A stretch of DNA of 36,412 nucleotides. Source: an uncultured Eubacterium sp. GTDB lineage: Bacteria; Bacillota; Clostridia; Eubacteriales; Eubacteriaceae. The stretch spans positions 1 to 36,412 of the forward strand of contig CACZTE010000270.1 of assembly GCA_902784045.1 (NCBI GenBank), given 5' to 3'. A program made the position numbers and the translations under genes. Shown here piece after piece: positions 9,207-18,068 of the stretch (its first letter is position 1; each line of letters begins with the position of its first letter). The notes under the pieces were generated by a model. It had not been told where the DNA came from, did no database searches, and saw only the letters and a program-made list of their open reading frames with translations.

Positions 9207-9330
9207 AATCATATTGACTTCTTGTTCCGGATTAAGATTTTTCTTTTTTCGTCCGGGTCGGGTGTACTTTGTGTCAAGCAGTCACAAAAAAGATAAGGCA
9301 CGGCGCATTCTGGAAAAGGAACAGACTATC
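9207..9330 (+). pseudogene. Decayed remnant of the duplicated carboxypeptidase membrane-anchor coding segment
   Basis: It aligns at nucleotide level with 7858-8003, the TM anchor and basic tail of the first paralog. Frame shift 1 of the remnant reads ..RVYFVSSSHKKDKARRILEKEQTI, against RLYFVSRKNKTGKGAAHSGKRKKRL in the first paralog. A premature TAA at 9204-9206 and indels separate it from the second paralog body. Confidence 0.55.
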
Positions 9331-11715
9331 ATGAAAAAAATACCAGAATTACTGGCGCCGGCGGGGGACAAAGAAAGCGTGAGAGCTGCCTTAGCCGCCG
9401 GCGCCGACGCGGTTTATTTCGGGGGAAACCTCTTTAACGCGCGGATGAAAGCCAAAAACTTTGACCTCGACGCCATGGCGGAAATCATCGCGATCTGCCA
9501 CCAAAACGGCGTGAAATGCTATCTGACCTTAAATACCCTTATCATGCAAAGCGAGTGGCAGGCCCTCACGGAATACGTCGCCGACATCTCGGATATCGGA
9601 CTGGACGGTGTGATCGTTCAGGATCCCGGTTTGATTTGGTATCTCAGAACCTGTTATCCGGAGCTTTCCCTGCAGACCAGCACCCAGGCGTCTTTAGGGG
9701 GGCTTCCCGGCGCGCGTTTTTTTGAGAAACTTGGCTTCAAACGGGTGGTTCTCCCCAGGGAAATGCCCCTCGATGAGGTCAAAACCATCTCTGAAAATAC
9801 AGAAGTGGAAATCAAAATCTTCAATCACGGCGCCATGTGCTATTGCCGTTCGGGACAGTGTCTGATGAGCTCGCTCATCGGCGGGCGAAGCGGCAACCGG
9901 GGACTGTGCGCCCAGCCCTGCCGAAAAAAATACGCCCTTATCACCGAGGACGGCGAAAAACCCTACGCCTATCGGCTCTCCATGAAAGATTTAAACACGG
10001 TCTTTCATCTGCCAGAGATGATCGACGCCGGGGTGGACGCCCTTAAAATCGAAGGGCGTCTCAAAAGCCCTGAGTATATCTACAGCGTCGTCAAAGCCTA
10101 CAGAGAAGCCATCGACACCGCGACAGACGGGAAGACAAGTTCGAAAGATGAAAAAAACCTCAAAGACGCCTCCAGGGAAATGGCGGCGGTGTTTCATCGC
10201 GGCTTTACCGCAGGCCGGCTGTTTGGGAAATACGACGTCATCAACCCGACGATTCAAAAGCATTACGGTCTTCTCATCGGAACGGTCAAAAGCTGTGCGC
10301 GAGGCCGCCTAACCATTGCGCTCTCACCGGGCGTCACTCTCACGCCCGGCGATGGCCTGGCTTTTGGAAAGACAGCCGATATCGGCACGCGGGTAGATAA
10401 AATCATTTCGTCGCGGGGCGGTGAAGCTGTCATACCCGTCAGAATTCACGTGCGCAAAGGTGAGAAGGTCTACCGCAATTTTGATATGGCCCTCAGCGAA
10501 ACCATACAAAAACGCGTCGAAACGGCGCCTGTTAAAACCAAAATTCCCGCGGAATTAAATCTGATATTCAAGGAAAACTGTGCCGTAAAATACCGGGTGA
10601 AAACAGCAGAGCATCTCCTCAAGGGAGAAATTTCCGAAATCATTCCGGGACACGCCCAAAACAGACCGCTTAACGAAGAGCTTATTACAGCGCAAATGAC
10701 AAAAACAGGAGAGAGTTTCTACCGGTTTTCCGCAATCACGGCGGATATTGAAGGTGAGCCCTTCCTGTCCAAAAAAGAACTCAACATCGTCAGGCGTGAG
10801 ATTCTCGCGAGACTGGAAGAGAAAAAACAGGCATCGGAAAACATGCCGGATTTCATATTGGAGAAACCTTACCGCGCCTTTAAAAAGTCTGCTATCGCCG
10901 TCAATTTTCTCACAAAAGAAGAATTTTTACGGCTTTATCCGCTTAGCGCTGACGAGTGGATTTTTCCGTTTGAAAGTCCCCGGGATATTCCCGTCATCAA
11001 GTCTTTCATTGAGCGGCTTCACCGGGACAAAAAGCGGGCGGTTCTCGCCTTTCCCCAGGTGCTTACCACCGGAGCCTGCGCCGCTTTTGAAGCGTGTTTT
11101 GACGATATTCTGGCGCTCAATCCCGACGGTTTTTTAGCCCGCAATTACGAGACCCTGGCCATTCTTACCAAGCGGGGCATTCATCCCGAAATCGACGCGA
11201 CAATGCACGTCACTAACGCCGTTTCTGCAGGCGCCTTTAAAACTTGGGGAGCCTCTGCCGTCACCATGTCCGTCGAAACCCAACGTGACAATGTCAAAGC
11301 CGTCATCGACAAAAGCCCGCTGCCCGTCACCATTATCGTCTACGGCAGGCAGCAGATGATGATCTCCGATCATTGCCTTTTGGACTGCGAGGTCAAACAT
11401 TGCGCGTCCTGCGTAAAACAAGGCGCCTTTACCCTCAAAGATGAGCGGGGCGCACGGTTTCCGGGATACAAAGGCGCCGACGGTATGACGCGGATTTTCA
11501 ATTCTGCCGTATTAAAACTCACGCAAAAGGATTTGCGGGATGTCAAAGGAGCGGCGAAATACCGCCTCGACGTCACTGACGAATCCAAAGACCAAATGAG
11601 CGCGGTAATCGCCGAACTCACGGCTGAGGCAAACAAACATAACGGCGCGTTGCCCGCCGCCAATCAATCAAACAATCAATTTACCAAAGGAAATTATTAC
11701 AGGGGTGTGAAGTGA
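9331..11715 (+). CDS. U32-family protein, long form (annotated peptidase U32/collagenase-like; conserved Cys clusters)
   Basis: 794 aa starting at MKKIPELLAPAGD, the typical U32 N-terminus. Also has GADAVYFGG, the conserved CYCRSGQC ... GNRGLCAQPCR motif, and a C-terminal CLLDCEVKHCASC cluster. GGAAAAGGAA lies upstream of ATG 9331. The TTG-9214 extension in the ORF track is the decayed duplicate tail. Confidence 0.85.
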   Translation: MKKIPELLAPAGDKESVRAALAAGADAVYFGGNLFNARMKAKNFDLDAMAEIIAICHQNGVKCYLTLNTLIMQSEWQALTEYVADISDIGLDGVIVQDPGLIWYLRTCYPELSLQTSTQASLGGLPGARFFEKLGFKRVVLPREMPLDEVKTISENTEVEIKIFNHGAMCYCRSGQCLMSSLIGGRSGNRGLCAQPCRKKYALITEDGEKPYAYRLSMKDLNTVFHLPEMIDAGVDALKIEGRLKSPEYIYSVVKAYREAIDTATDGKTSSKDEKNLKDASREMAAVFHRGFTAGRLFGKYDVINPTIQKHYGLLIGTVKSCARGRLTIALSPGVTLTPGDGLAFGKTADIGTRVDKIISSRGGEAVIPVRIHVRKGEKVYRNFDMALSETIQKRVETAPVKTKIPAELNLIFKENCAVKYRVKTAEHLLKGEISEIIPGHAQNRPLNEELITAQMTKTGESFYRFSAITADIEGEPFLSKKELNIVRREILARLEEKKQASENMPDFILEKPYRAFKKSAIAVNFLTKEEFLRLYPLSADEWIFPFESPRDIPVIKSFIERLHRDKKRAVLAFPQVLTTGACAAFEACFDDILALNPDGFLARNYETLAILTKRGIHPEIDATMHVTNAVSAGAFKTWGASAVTMSVETQRDNVKAVIDKSPLPVTIIVYGRQQMMISDHCLLDCEVKHCASCVKQGAFTLKDERGARFPGYKGADGMTRIFNSAVLKLTQKDLRDVKGAAKYRLDVTDESKDQMSAVIAELTAEANKHNGALPAANQSNNQFTKGNYYRGVK

Positions 11716-11717
11716 CG

Positions 11718-14120
11718 ATGAACGAACGAAGTCTGAAAGTTCTGGAATTTTTCAAGCTTTTAAAACAATTGGAGAGTTATTGCCACACCGACGGCGGGAA
11801 AGGCAAAGCGCTGGCGTTACGCCCCGAAACAGGGGAAAGCATTATCGCGCATACCACCGATCAAACGGAAGAGGCGCTTTTGATGACTCTGCGCTGCGGC
11901 CATATTCCTTTGGGTCATTTCACGCCGGTCACCGATGCTGTTGCCCGAGCTAAAATCGGATCGGTACTCTCTATGAAAACCCTGCTTAGCGTCGCGTCCA
12001 TGCTTGCCATTGCCGAGGACGTTGACGCCTATTATCACGAGGACATTGAAAGGCAAAGCCTTAAAACCATCTCGTCTATCTTTGATGCCATCGACCCTTT
12101 AACCCATCTCAAAGATGAAATCCGGGAGAAAATCCTGTCTGAGGACGAAATGGCGGATAATGCCTCCCGTGAATTATACCGCATCCGAAAAGAAATCATT
12201 TCAAAAAACGCCCGGATTAACGAACGCTTGAACCGCATCGTGACATCCCCTTCCTACGAAAAAATACTCCAGGAGCGCATCGTCACTATGCGCGGCGACC
12301 GATATGTGGTGCCTGTCAAACAGGAATACCGCAATCGCCTTCCGGGAATTGTTCTCGACAAATCATCAACCGGGGCAACCGTCTTTATTGAGCCGATGTC
12401 TGTCGTCAGCCTCAATAACGAACTCAAAGAACTGGCCATAGAGGAAGAAAAAGAAATTGGCCGCATCTTAAAAGTATTGACGGGGAAAATCGCGATCAAT
12501 GAATTGCCGTTAATGGCGACTCAGGATATGCTCATCGAGCTGGACTTCATTTTCGCCAAAGCCGCCATGGCCCTCGACATGAACGCCAATCGCGTGGCCA
12601 TAAAACCCGGCGATCCCGTTTGCTTATACAAAGCGGTCCATCCGCTTCTCGATCCCAAAACCGCCGTTGCCTCCGACATCATCATGCGGGAAGGTATTGA
12701 CACCATTGTCATTACAGGACCGAACACCGGCGGAAAAACCGTCACTTTAAAAACCATCGGTTTACTTTCGGCCATGGTTCAGGCCGGTCTTTTCGTGCCC
12801 GTGGCAGAGCACAGTCATATACGGATTTTTGACAACATTTTCGCGGATATCGGAGATGAGCAAAGTATCGAGCAGAGTTTGTCCACATTTTCCGCTCACA
12901 TGAAAAACATCGTCGATATCGTCGCGCAGGCTCGAAACAACGCGCTGGTCCTTTTTGATGAACTCGGCGCCGGCACGGATCCTACGGAAGGCGCGGCCCT
13001 CGCGGCGTCCATTTTAGACACTCTTCACGAACGCCGGATATACACCGTGGCGACCACCCACTACAGCGAATTAAAAGCCTATGCTCTTGTCACCGAGGGC
13101 GTGGTCAACGCCTCTGTCGAATTTGACGTCTCTACCCTAAGACCAACCTATAAGCTCAATATCGGCGTGCCGGGACGTTCCAACGCCTTTGAAATCGCGG
13201 GACGTCTGGGACTCAACTCTGATATCATTGATAATGCCCGTGGCATGATTCATCATGACGCTGTCCAATTTGAGGATACGTTAACCGAGATTGAACAAAC
13301 GCGCAGTGAATACGAAAGGCGTACTGAACAAATCCGCGAACAGGAAGCGGAGATAAAAGCGTTGCGTGAGTCCATCTTAAAAGAACGTGAAAAAACCGAA
13401 ATTGAATGCCGGCAGATGATTGAGGAAGCAGGAAAAAAAGCCGATGAGATGATTCGGGAGACCAGAGACAAAACCGAAGCGATTTACAAAGAAATCCGCG
13501 CGATTCAGGAAAGCACTACAGCAGGCGTCACCGACAATAAAGTCCTCGAAGAACTCCGCAAAGACATCAAGCATCAAGCGGACATCGTTGACGAAGGGTA
13601 CACCCTCGCCGAAGAACAATTTACAACCGTCAGCGAGCAGACTGAACTGACCGTTGGCATGATTGTACGCGTCAATAATCTTGGTCAAAAAGGTGAAATT
13701 CTCTCGATCAGCGAAAAAGACAAACAGGCCATGGTCGGCATCGGTGGTATGAAAATCAAAGTGGACATCAAACAGTTGACGCCGGTAACCAAGCCCAAAG
13801 TCCAAAAGAAAAAGGCGCCGCGCTTTACCGAAAAAAAACCTGTTAAACCCGCGCCGTCGTCTGGCAAAACACCGGTCATTACCAAACGCTTTGACATGCG
13901 GGGACAAACCGTTGACGAAGGCATTTATATGCTTGAGAAAATTCTCTCCGATTGTATTGTTTCCGGCGATAATCAATTTGTCCTCATTCACGGCAAGGGC
14001 ACGGGCAAGCTCAGACAGGCCATTCGCGACTACCTTAAACAATCACCCCTCATCGCAAGCTATCGAAACGGTACACCGGCAGAAGGGGAAACCGGCGTCA
14101 CCGTCGTAACGCTCAAATAA
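11718..14120 (+). CDS. mutS2: Endonuclease MutS2 (MutS domain plus C-terminal Smr domain)
   Basis: About 800 aa. Walker A ITGPNTGGKTVTLKT, FDELGAGTDPTEGAAL, a long coiled-coil, and a C-terminal Smr domain (DMRGQTVDEG ... LIHGKGTGKLRQAIRDYL). ATG 11718 is preferred over GTG 11712; either abuts the U32 stop. Confidence 0.95.
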   Translation: MNERSLKVLEFFKLLKQLESYCHTDGGKGKALALRPETGESIIAHTTDQTEEALLMTLRCGHIPLGHFTPVTDAVARAKIGSVLSMKTLLSVASMLAIAEDVDAYYHEDIERQSLKTISSIFDAIDPLTHLKDEIREKILSEDEMADNASRELYRIRKEIISKNARINERLNRIVTSPSYEKILQERIVTMRGDRYVVPVKQEYRNRLPGIVLDKSSTGATVFIEPMSVVSLNNELKELAIEEEKEIGRILKVLTGKIAINELPLMATQDMLIELDFIFAKAAMALDMNANRVAIKPGDPVCLYKAVHPLLDPKTAVASDIIMREGIDTIVITGPNTGGKTVTLKTIGLLSAMVQAGLFVPVAEHSHIRIFDNIFADIGDEQSIEQSLSTFSAHMKNIVDIVAQARNNALVLFDELGAGTDPTEGAALAASILDTLHERRIYTVATTHYSELKAYALVTEGVVNASVEFDVSTLRPTYKLNIGVPGRSNAFEIAGRLGLNSDIIDNARGMIHHDAVQFEDTLTEIEQTRSEYERRTEQIREQEAEIKALRESILKEREKTEIECRQMIEEAGKKADEMIRETRDKTEAIYKEIRAIQESTTAGVTDNKVLEELRKDIKHQADIVDEGYTLAEEQFTTVSEQTELTVGMIVRVNNLGQKGEILSISEKDKQAMVGIGGMKIKVDIKQLTPVTKPKVQKKKAPRFTEKKPVKPAPSSGKTPVITKRFDMRGQTVDEGIYMLEKILSDCIVSGDNQFVLIHGKGTGKLRQAIRDYLKQSPLIASYRNGTPAEGETGVTVVTLK

Positions 14121-14262
14121 AACCCGCTTTATCACGAAGAAAGAAGTCATTAAGAAAAACAGCATATCGCTCCATAAAATTGCTTAAAGTCAATAAAAAT
14201 TTAAGATTCAACCATTATAATAAAAAAGTATTTTTTATGATTTATTTTTGGAGGTATGAATA

Positions 14263-14688
14263 ATGAAGTTAAGTGACAATCAATTGGTGGACAAAATCCA
14301 ATCGGTTGGTCTTCGCGCAACACCTCAGAGAATTCAACTTTTACGATTATTAATGGAAACCGACAGCCATCCCTCAGCAGAAATGCTGATAGATATGGCC
14401 AAAAAAGCCGGCTATAAAATTTCAGTAGGTACTGTTTATAACGCTTTAGATTGCTTTGAACAAAAAGGTTTGATTAGACGCGTTCATGACAACACGGAAA
14501 TTATGCGTTACGACGCCAAAACAGGTTTTCATGTGCATATCGTCGATCAGAAAACCAAAGAGATTTATGATCTCTACGATGAAGAACTGGAAGAAATTAT
14601 CCACGAACATCTCAGAGAGAAAATGCCGTCCAATTACGATATCAGTTTATTGGACGTTACGGTCTATGCCGATAAATTCATTTCATAA
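14263..14688 (+). CDS. Fur-family transcriptional regulator, atypical (lacks both CxxC pairs)
   Basis: 141 aa. The N-terminal winged helix LRATPQRIQLLRLL...HPSAEML...ISVGTVYNALDCFEQKGLIRRV is classic Fur/PerR/Zur. The C-terminal half has FHVHIVD and IHEH but no cysteine. GGAGG lies upstream. Confidence 0.8.
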   Translation: MKLSDNQLVDKIQSVGLRATPQRIQLLRLLMETDSHPSAEMLIDMAKKAGYKISVGTVYNALDCFEQKGLIRRVHDNTEIMRYDAKTGFHVHIVDQKTKEIYDLYDEELEEIIHEHLREKMPSNYDISLLDVTVYADKFIS

Positions 14689-14720
14689 CATTAAACATTA
14701 CGCATAAGAAGGTAAACCAC

Positions 14721-15209
14721 ATGACAGAAAAAACACAGATTCAAATCACAATGGAAGACGGTGGCACGATCACCGCGGAGCTTTATCCCGATATCGCGCC
14801 TAAAACCGTGGCAAATTTCGTCAAATTAGTCTCTGAAGGCTTTTATGACGGCCTTATTTTTCACCGCGTCATTCCGGGATTTATGATTCAGGGTGGATGC
14901 CCCAACGGCAACGGAATGGGAGGACCGGGCTACACAATCCCCGGAGAATTCACTGCCAACGGCTTTGAAAATAATTTAAAACACGATCGCGGGGTCCTTT
15001 CCATGGCCCGTGCGATGGACCCTGATTCAGCGGGTTCACAGTTTTTTATCATGACGCAAAAATCACCCCATCTCGATGGTCAATACGCGGCTTTCGGATG
15101 TGTCACCTCTGGCATGGATGTCGTCGATCGGATTGTGAACGTCCCCAGAGATGTGATGGACAAGCCAATCGAAGATCAAAAAATGGCTTCTGTTCGCGTC
15201 ATTGATTAA
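14721..15209 (+). CDS. ppiB: Peptidyl-prolyl cis-trans isomerase, cyclophilin type
   Basis: 162 aa. FHRVIPGFMIQGGCP, SMAR...DSAGSQFFI and HLDGQYAAFG are cyclophilin signatures. Confidence 0.95.
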   Translation: MTEKTQIQITMEDGGTITAELYPDIAPKTVANFVKLVSEGFYDGLIFHRVIPGFMIQGGCPNGNGMGGPGYTIPGEFTANGFENNLKHDRGVLSMARAMDPDSAGSQFFIMTQKSPHLDGQYAAFGCVTSGMDVVDRIVNVPRDVMDKPIEDQKMASVRVID

Positions 15210-15239
15210 TGGCTTTAATAATCTCAATATTGATTGATT

Positions 15240-15270
15240 ACCGTAACCTGCGTTACGGTTTTCTTATTTT
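15240..15270 (+). terminator. Intrinsic terminator after ppiB
   Basis: Perfect 8-bp stem ACCGTAAC (15240-15247) / GTTACGGT (15252-15259), loop CTGC, then TTTCTTATTTT. Confidence 0.75.
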
Positions 15271-15421
15271 AAAACAAGAGAAGGCAAATCGTCCCTTACC
15301 TTATTGAAAAAAGAAGGCGTATTCGTTAAAATAATGATGAACATTTAAAATCTGCTCTTCTAAAAAAGGGGAGATCACAAATCACGATTTCATTGAGAAA
15401 TTGTGATGGATTGGAGAATAT

Positions 15422-16447
15422 ATGCGTATTTCATTAACCGGAAGAAATTTTTTAACACTGAGAGATTTTACACCGGACGAGATCAGATATCTAATTGATT
15501 TCGCCGCAGCGCTCAAAACAAAAAAACGCGAAGGCGGCGAAAAACAACTGTTAAAAGGGAAAAACATCATCCTGATTTTTGAAAAAAGCTCTACGCGGAC
15601 GCGTTGTGCCTTTGAGACCGCTGCTTATGATGAAGGCGCCCATGTGACCTTCTTGAGCAACAGCCAAATGGGCAAAAAAGAATCCCTTGAAGATACGGCG
15701 AAAGTCTTGGGTCGATTTTATGACGGTATCGAATTTCGCGGTTATAAACAGGAGACCGTCGAAGCGCTGGCCGAATTTTCCGGTGTGCGTGTTTGGAACG
15801 GTTTGACTGACAAATATCATCCGACTCAGATTTTGGCGGATATGCTCACGATTTATGAACAATTCGGAAGTCTTGCCGGAAGGAAACTCGTTTTCGTCGG
15901 TGACGCGCGCAACAATATGGGCAATTCTCTTATGATCGGCTGCGCGAAGCTTGGTATGCACTTTGTCGCTTTGGCGCCTGAAGAGTTGTATCCCGATAAA
16001 GCGCTGACCAACGAAATGACAGCTTTGGCCAAAGAGACCGGCGGCAGCGTAACCATCACGTCATCCATCGAAGACGCCGTCAAAGGCGCAGACGTTATTT
16101 ATACCGATGTGTGGGCCTCAATGGGCGAAGAAGCTGAATTGGAAGAACGGGTCAAATTACTGAGGCCATATCAGGTCAACGCGGAAATGATCCAAAAAAC
16201 CGAAAACCCCAACGTTATCTTTTTACATTGCCTGCCGGCGGTTCATGATACGCTGACGGACATGGGAAAACTGGCATACGAAAAATTCGGTCTCTCCGCC
16301 ATGGAAGTCACCGATGATGTGTTCCGCGCGCCCTATTCAAAAGTCTTTGACGAAGCGGAAAACCGGATGCATACCATCAAAGCTGTCATGTGCGCGACAC
16401 TGGCACAAACGCTTCAGGATTCAGACGGAAAACCAATTGTCGATTGA
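15422..16447 (+). CDS. argF: Ornithine carbamoyltransferase
   Basis: 341 aa. Carbamoyl-phosphate motif [14 protein letters not shown], ornithine-binding DVWASMG, and HCLPA. Confidence 0.85.
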   Translation: MRISLTGRNFLTLRDFTPDEIRYLIDFAAALKTKKREGGEKQLLKGKNIILIFEKSSTRTRCAFETAAYDEGAHVTFLSNSQMGKKESLEDTAKVLGRFYDGIEFRGYKQETVEALAEFSGVRVWNGLTDKYHPTQILADMLTIYEQFGSLAGRKLVFVGDARNNMGNSLMIGCAKLGMHFVALAPEELYPDKALTNEMTALAKETGGSVTITSSIEDAVKGADVIYTDVWASMGEEAELEERVKLLRPYQVNAEMIQKTENPNVIFLHCLPAVHDTLTDMGKLAYEKFGLSAMEVTDDVFRAPYSKVFDEAENRMHTIKAVMCATLAQTLQDSDGKPIVD

Positions 16448-16507
16448 CGATCGTTTATTCAAACAATCATATTTTGCAAAATAATTATCAAAAGGGGACA
16501 ATCCAAA

Positions 16508-17995
16508 ATGATACTTAGAGGAATTAAAGAACTGCAAAACGGTACCGATGTACGCGGCATTGCCATGCACGGCGTCATTGGAGAAAAACCTAATTTTGAT
16601 CCAAATATGGCCAGCAAAATTGCCTATACTTTTGCCACATGGCTTAAAGAAAAAACCGGTAAAGAAACCCTGACAATATCTGTCGGCCACGACAGCAGAC
16701 TGACTGCCGCGGATTTTGACACAGCATGCTGTATGGGCCTCATTTGGGCAGGAGTCCATGTTTACGACTGCGGTATGGCCACGACGCCTTCCATGTTTAT
16801 GACTATCGTCGATCCTGAAATGCAATGTGACGGAGCTATTATGATTACGGCAAGCCATTTACCCTTCAATCGCAATGGACTCAAATTTTTCACCAAAGAC
16901 GGCGGAATGGAAAAAGATGTCCTTTCCGATATTTTGGCTCGTGCTGAGGAAATCGAGACACCGCTTAATACGCTTGGAAGACGTCAAGCTCATCCGTATT
17001 TATTGACCTATTCGGAAAAAATCGTATCTCTTATCCGTGAACAAACAGGAATGACTGAGCCTTTAAAAGGCGCGCATATCATCGTGGATGCTGGAAACGG
17101 TGCCGGAGGATTTTTTGTTGAAAAAGTTTTGGATGTATTGGGCGCCGATACAACGGGAAGCCAGTTTTTGGAACCCGACGGTCTTTTCCCCAATCACGCG
17201 CCGAATCCCGAAGATCCCGAAGCTATCGCCTCTATCTGCAAAGCTGTCGTTGAAAATAACGCGGATATGGGAATCATTTTTGATACCGATGTTGACCGTT
17301 CGGCCATCATCGACGAAACCGGAAAGCCCATCAACCGCAATGCGTTTATCGCTTTTATGTCTCGGATGATTCTCGGTAAATATCCTGGTACAACAATTGT
17401 TACCGACTCAATTACTTCAACGGGTTTAACAGAATATATCGAAACTTTAGGTGGGACACATCACCGTTTTAAAAGAGGATACAAAAATGTTATCAACGAA
17501 GCAATCCGTTTAAACGACGAAGGGCAGGAAACTCATCTAGCAATGGAAACCAGTGGACATGGCGCCATCAAAGAAAATTACTTTTTGGACGACGGCGCAT
17601 ATCTGGCGACAATGGCTCTTATCGAATATACTAAGCTTCACGCTGAAGGGAAAAAGCTTTCCGAATATCTGGTAGATCTCAAAGAACCGGCTGAAGCGGT
17701 AGAAAAACGATATATTATTACCGCAGAGGATTTTAAAACTTACGGTGCTGATGTTCTAAAAGATTTTCAAGAATTTGCCGAACAGCAATCGGGATGGACC
17801 GTCGTTTCCCCCAATTATGAAGGTGTACGCGTTTCCTGTGATAAAGATCACGGAGACGGATGGTGCCTTCTTCGAATGTCTCTGCATGAGCCCAAAATGC
17901 CTCTGAATATCGAATCTGATAGCGTCGGTGGCTGTGAGACAATTAAATCGGTAATTGACGGATTCATAAAAAATCATCCTGAGCTCAAACTATAA
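16508..17995 (+). CDS. Alpha-D-phosphohexomutase family protein (phosphomannomutase/phosphoglucomutase-like)
   Basis: 495 aa. Phosphoserine loop ITASHLPFNRNG, metal loop FDTDVDRS, sugar loop METSGHG. Substrate specificity cannot be inferred from the sequence. Confidence 0.8.
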   Translation: MILRGIKELQNGTDVRGIAMHGVIGEKPNFDPNMASKIAYTFATWLKEKTGKETLTISVGHDSRLTAADFDTACCMGLIWAGVHVYDCGMATTPSMFMTIVDPEMQCDGAIMITASHLPFNRNGLKFFTKDGGMEKDVLSDILARAEEIETPLNTLGRRQAHPYLLTYSEKIVSLIREQTGMTEPLKGAHIIVDAGNGAGGFFVEKVLDVLGADTTGSQFLEPDGLFPNHAPNPEDPEAIASICKAVVENNADMGIIFDTDVDRSAIIDETGKPINRNAFIAFMSRMILGKYPGTTIVTDSITSTGLTEYIETLGGTHHRFKRGYKNVINEAIRLNDEGQETHLAMETSGHGAIKENYFLDDGAYLATMALIEYTKLHAEGKKLSEYLVDLKEPAEAVEKRYIITAEDFKTYGADVLKDFQEFAEQQSGWTVVSPNYEGVRVSCDKDHGDGWCLLRMSLHEPKMPLNIESDSVGGCETIKSVIDGFIKNHPELKL

Positions 17996-18016
17996 TTCAT
18001 GACAACATTTTAAATT

Positions 18017-18048
18017 AAAAAAAGCCCGGACAAAAATGGGCTTTTTTT
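18017..18048. terminator. Bidirectional intrinsic terminator between the convergent phosphohexomutase and degV genes
   Basis: AAAAAAAGCCC (18017-18027) / GGGCTTTTTTT (18038-18048), with A-run and T-run flanks that would work on both strands. Confidence 0.7.
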
Positions 18049-18068
18049 AATATTTATGATGATGTAAA

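Larger units (their letters stand above)
6721..9393 (+). repeat. Head-to-tail tandem duplication, two diverged units of about 1.33-1.35 kb (about 6721-8066 and 8067-9393)
   Basis: Each unit is a carboxypeptidase body, then a C-terminal tail region, then the first ~60 nt of the U32 gene. GTCGACGAAAAAACCGGAAC occurs at 6742 and again at 8088. ATGAAAAAA..CAGAATTACTGGC..CGGGGGACAA occurs at 8004 and at 9331. GCGCATTC(C/T)GGAAAA occurs before both ATGs. Confidence 0.8.
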
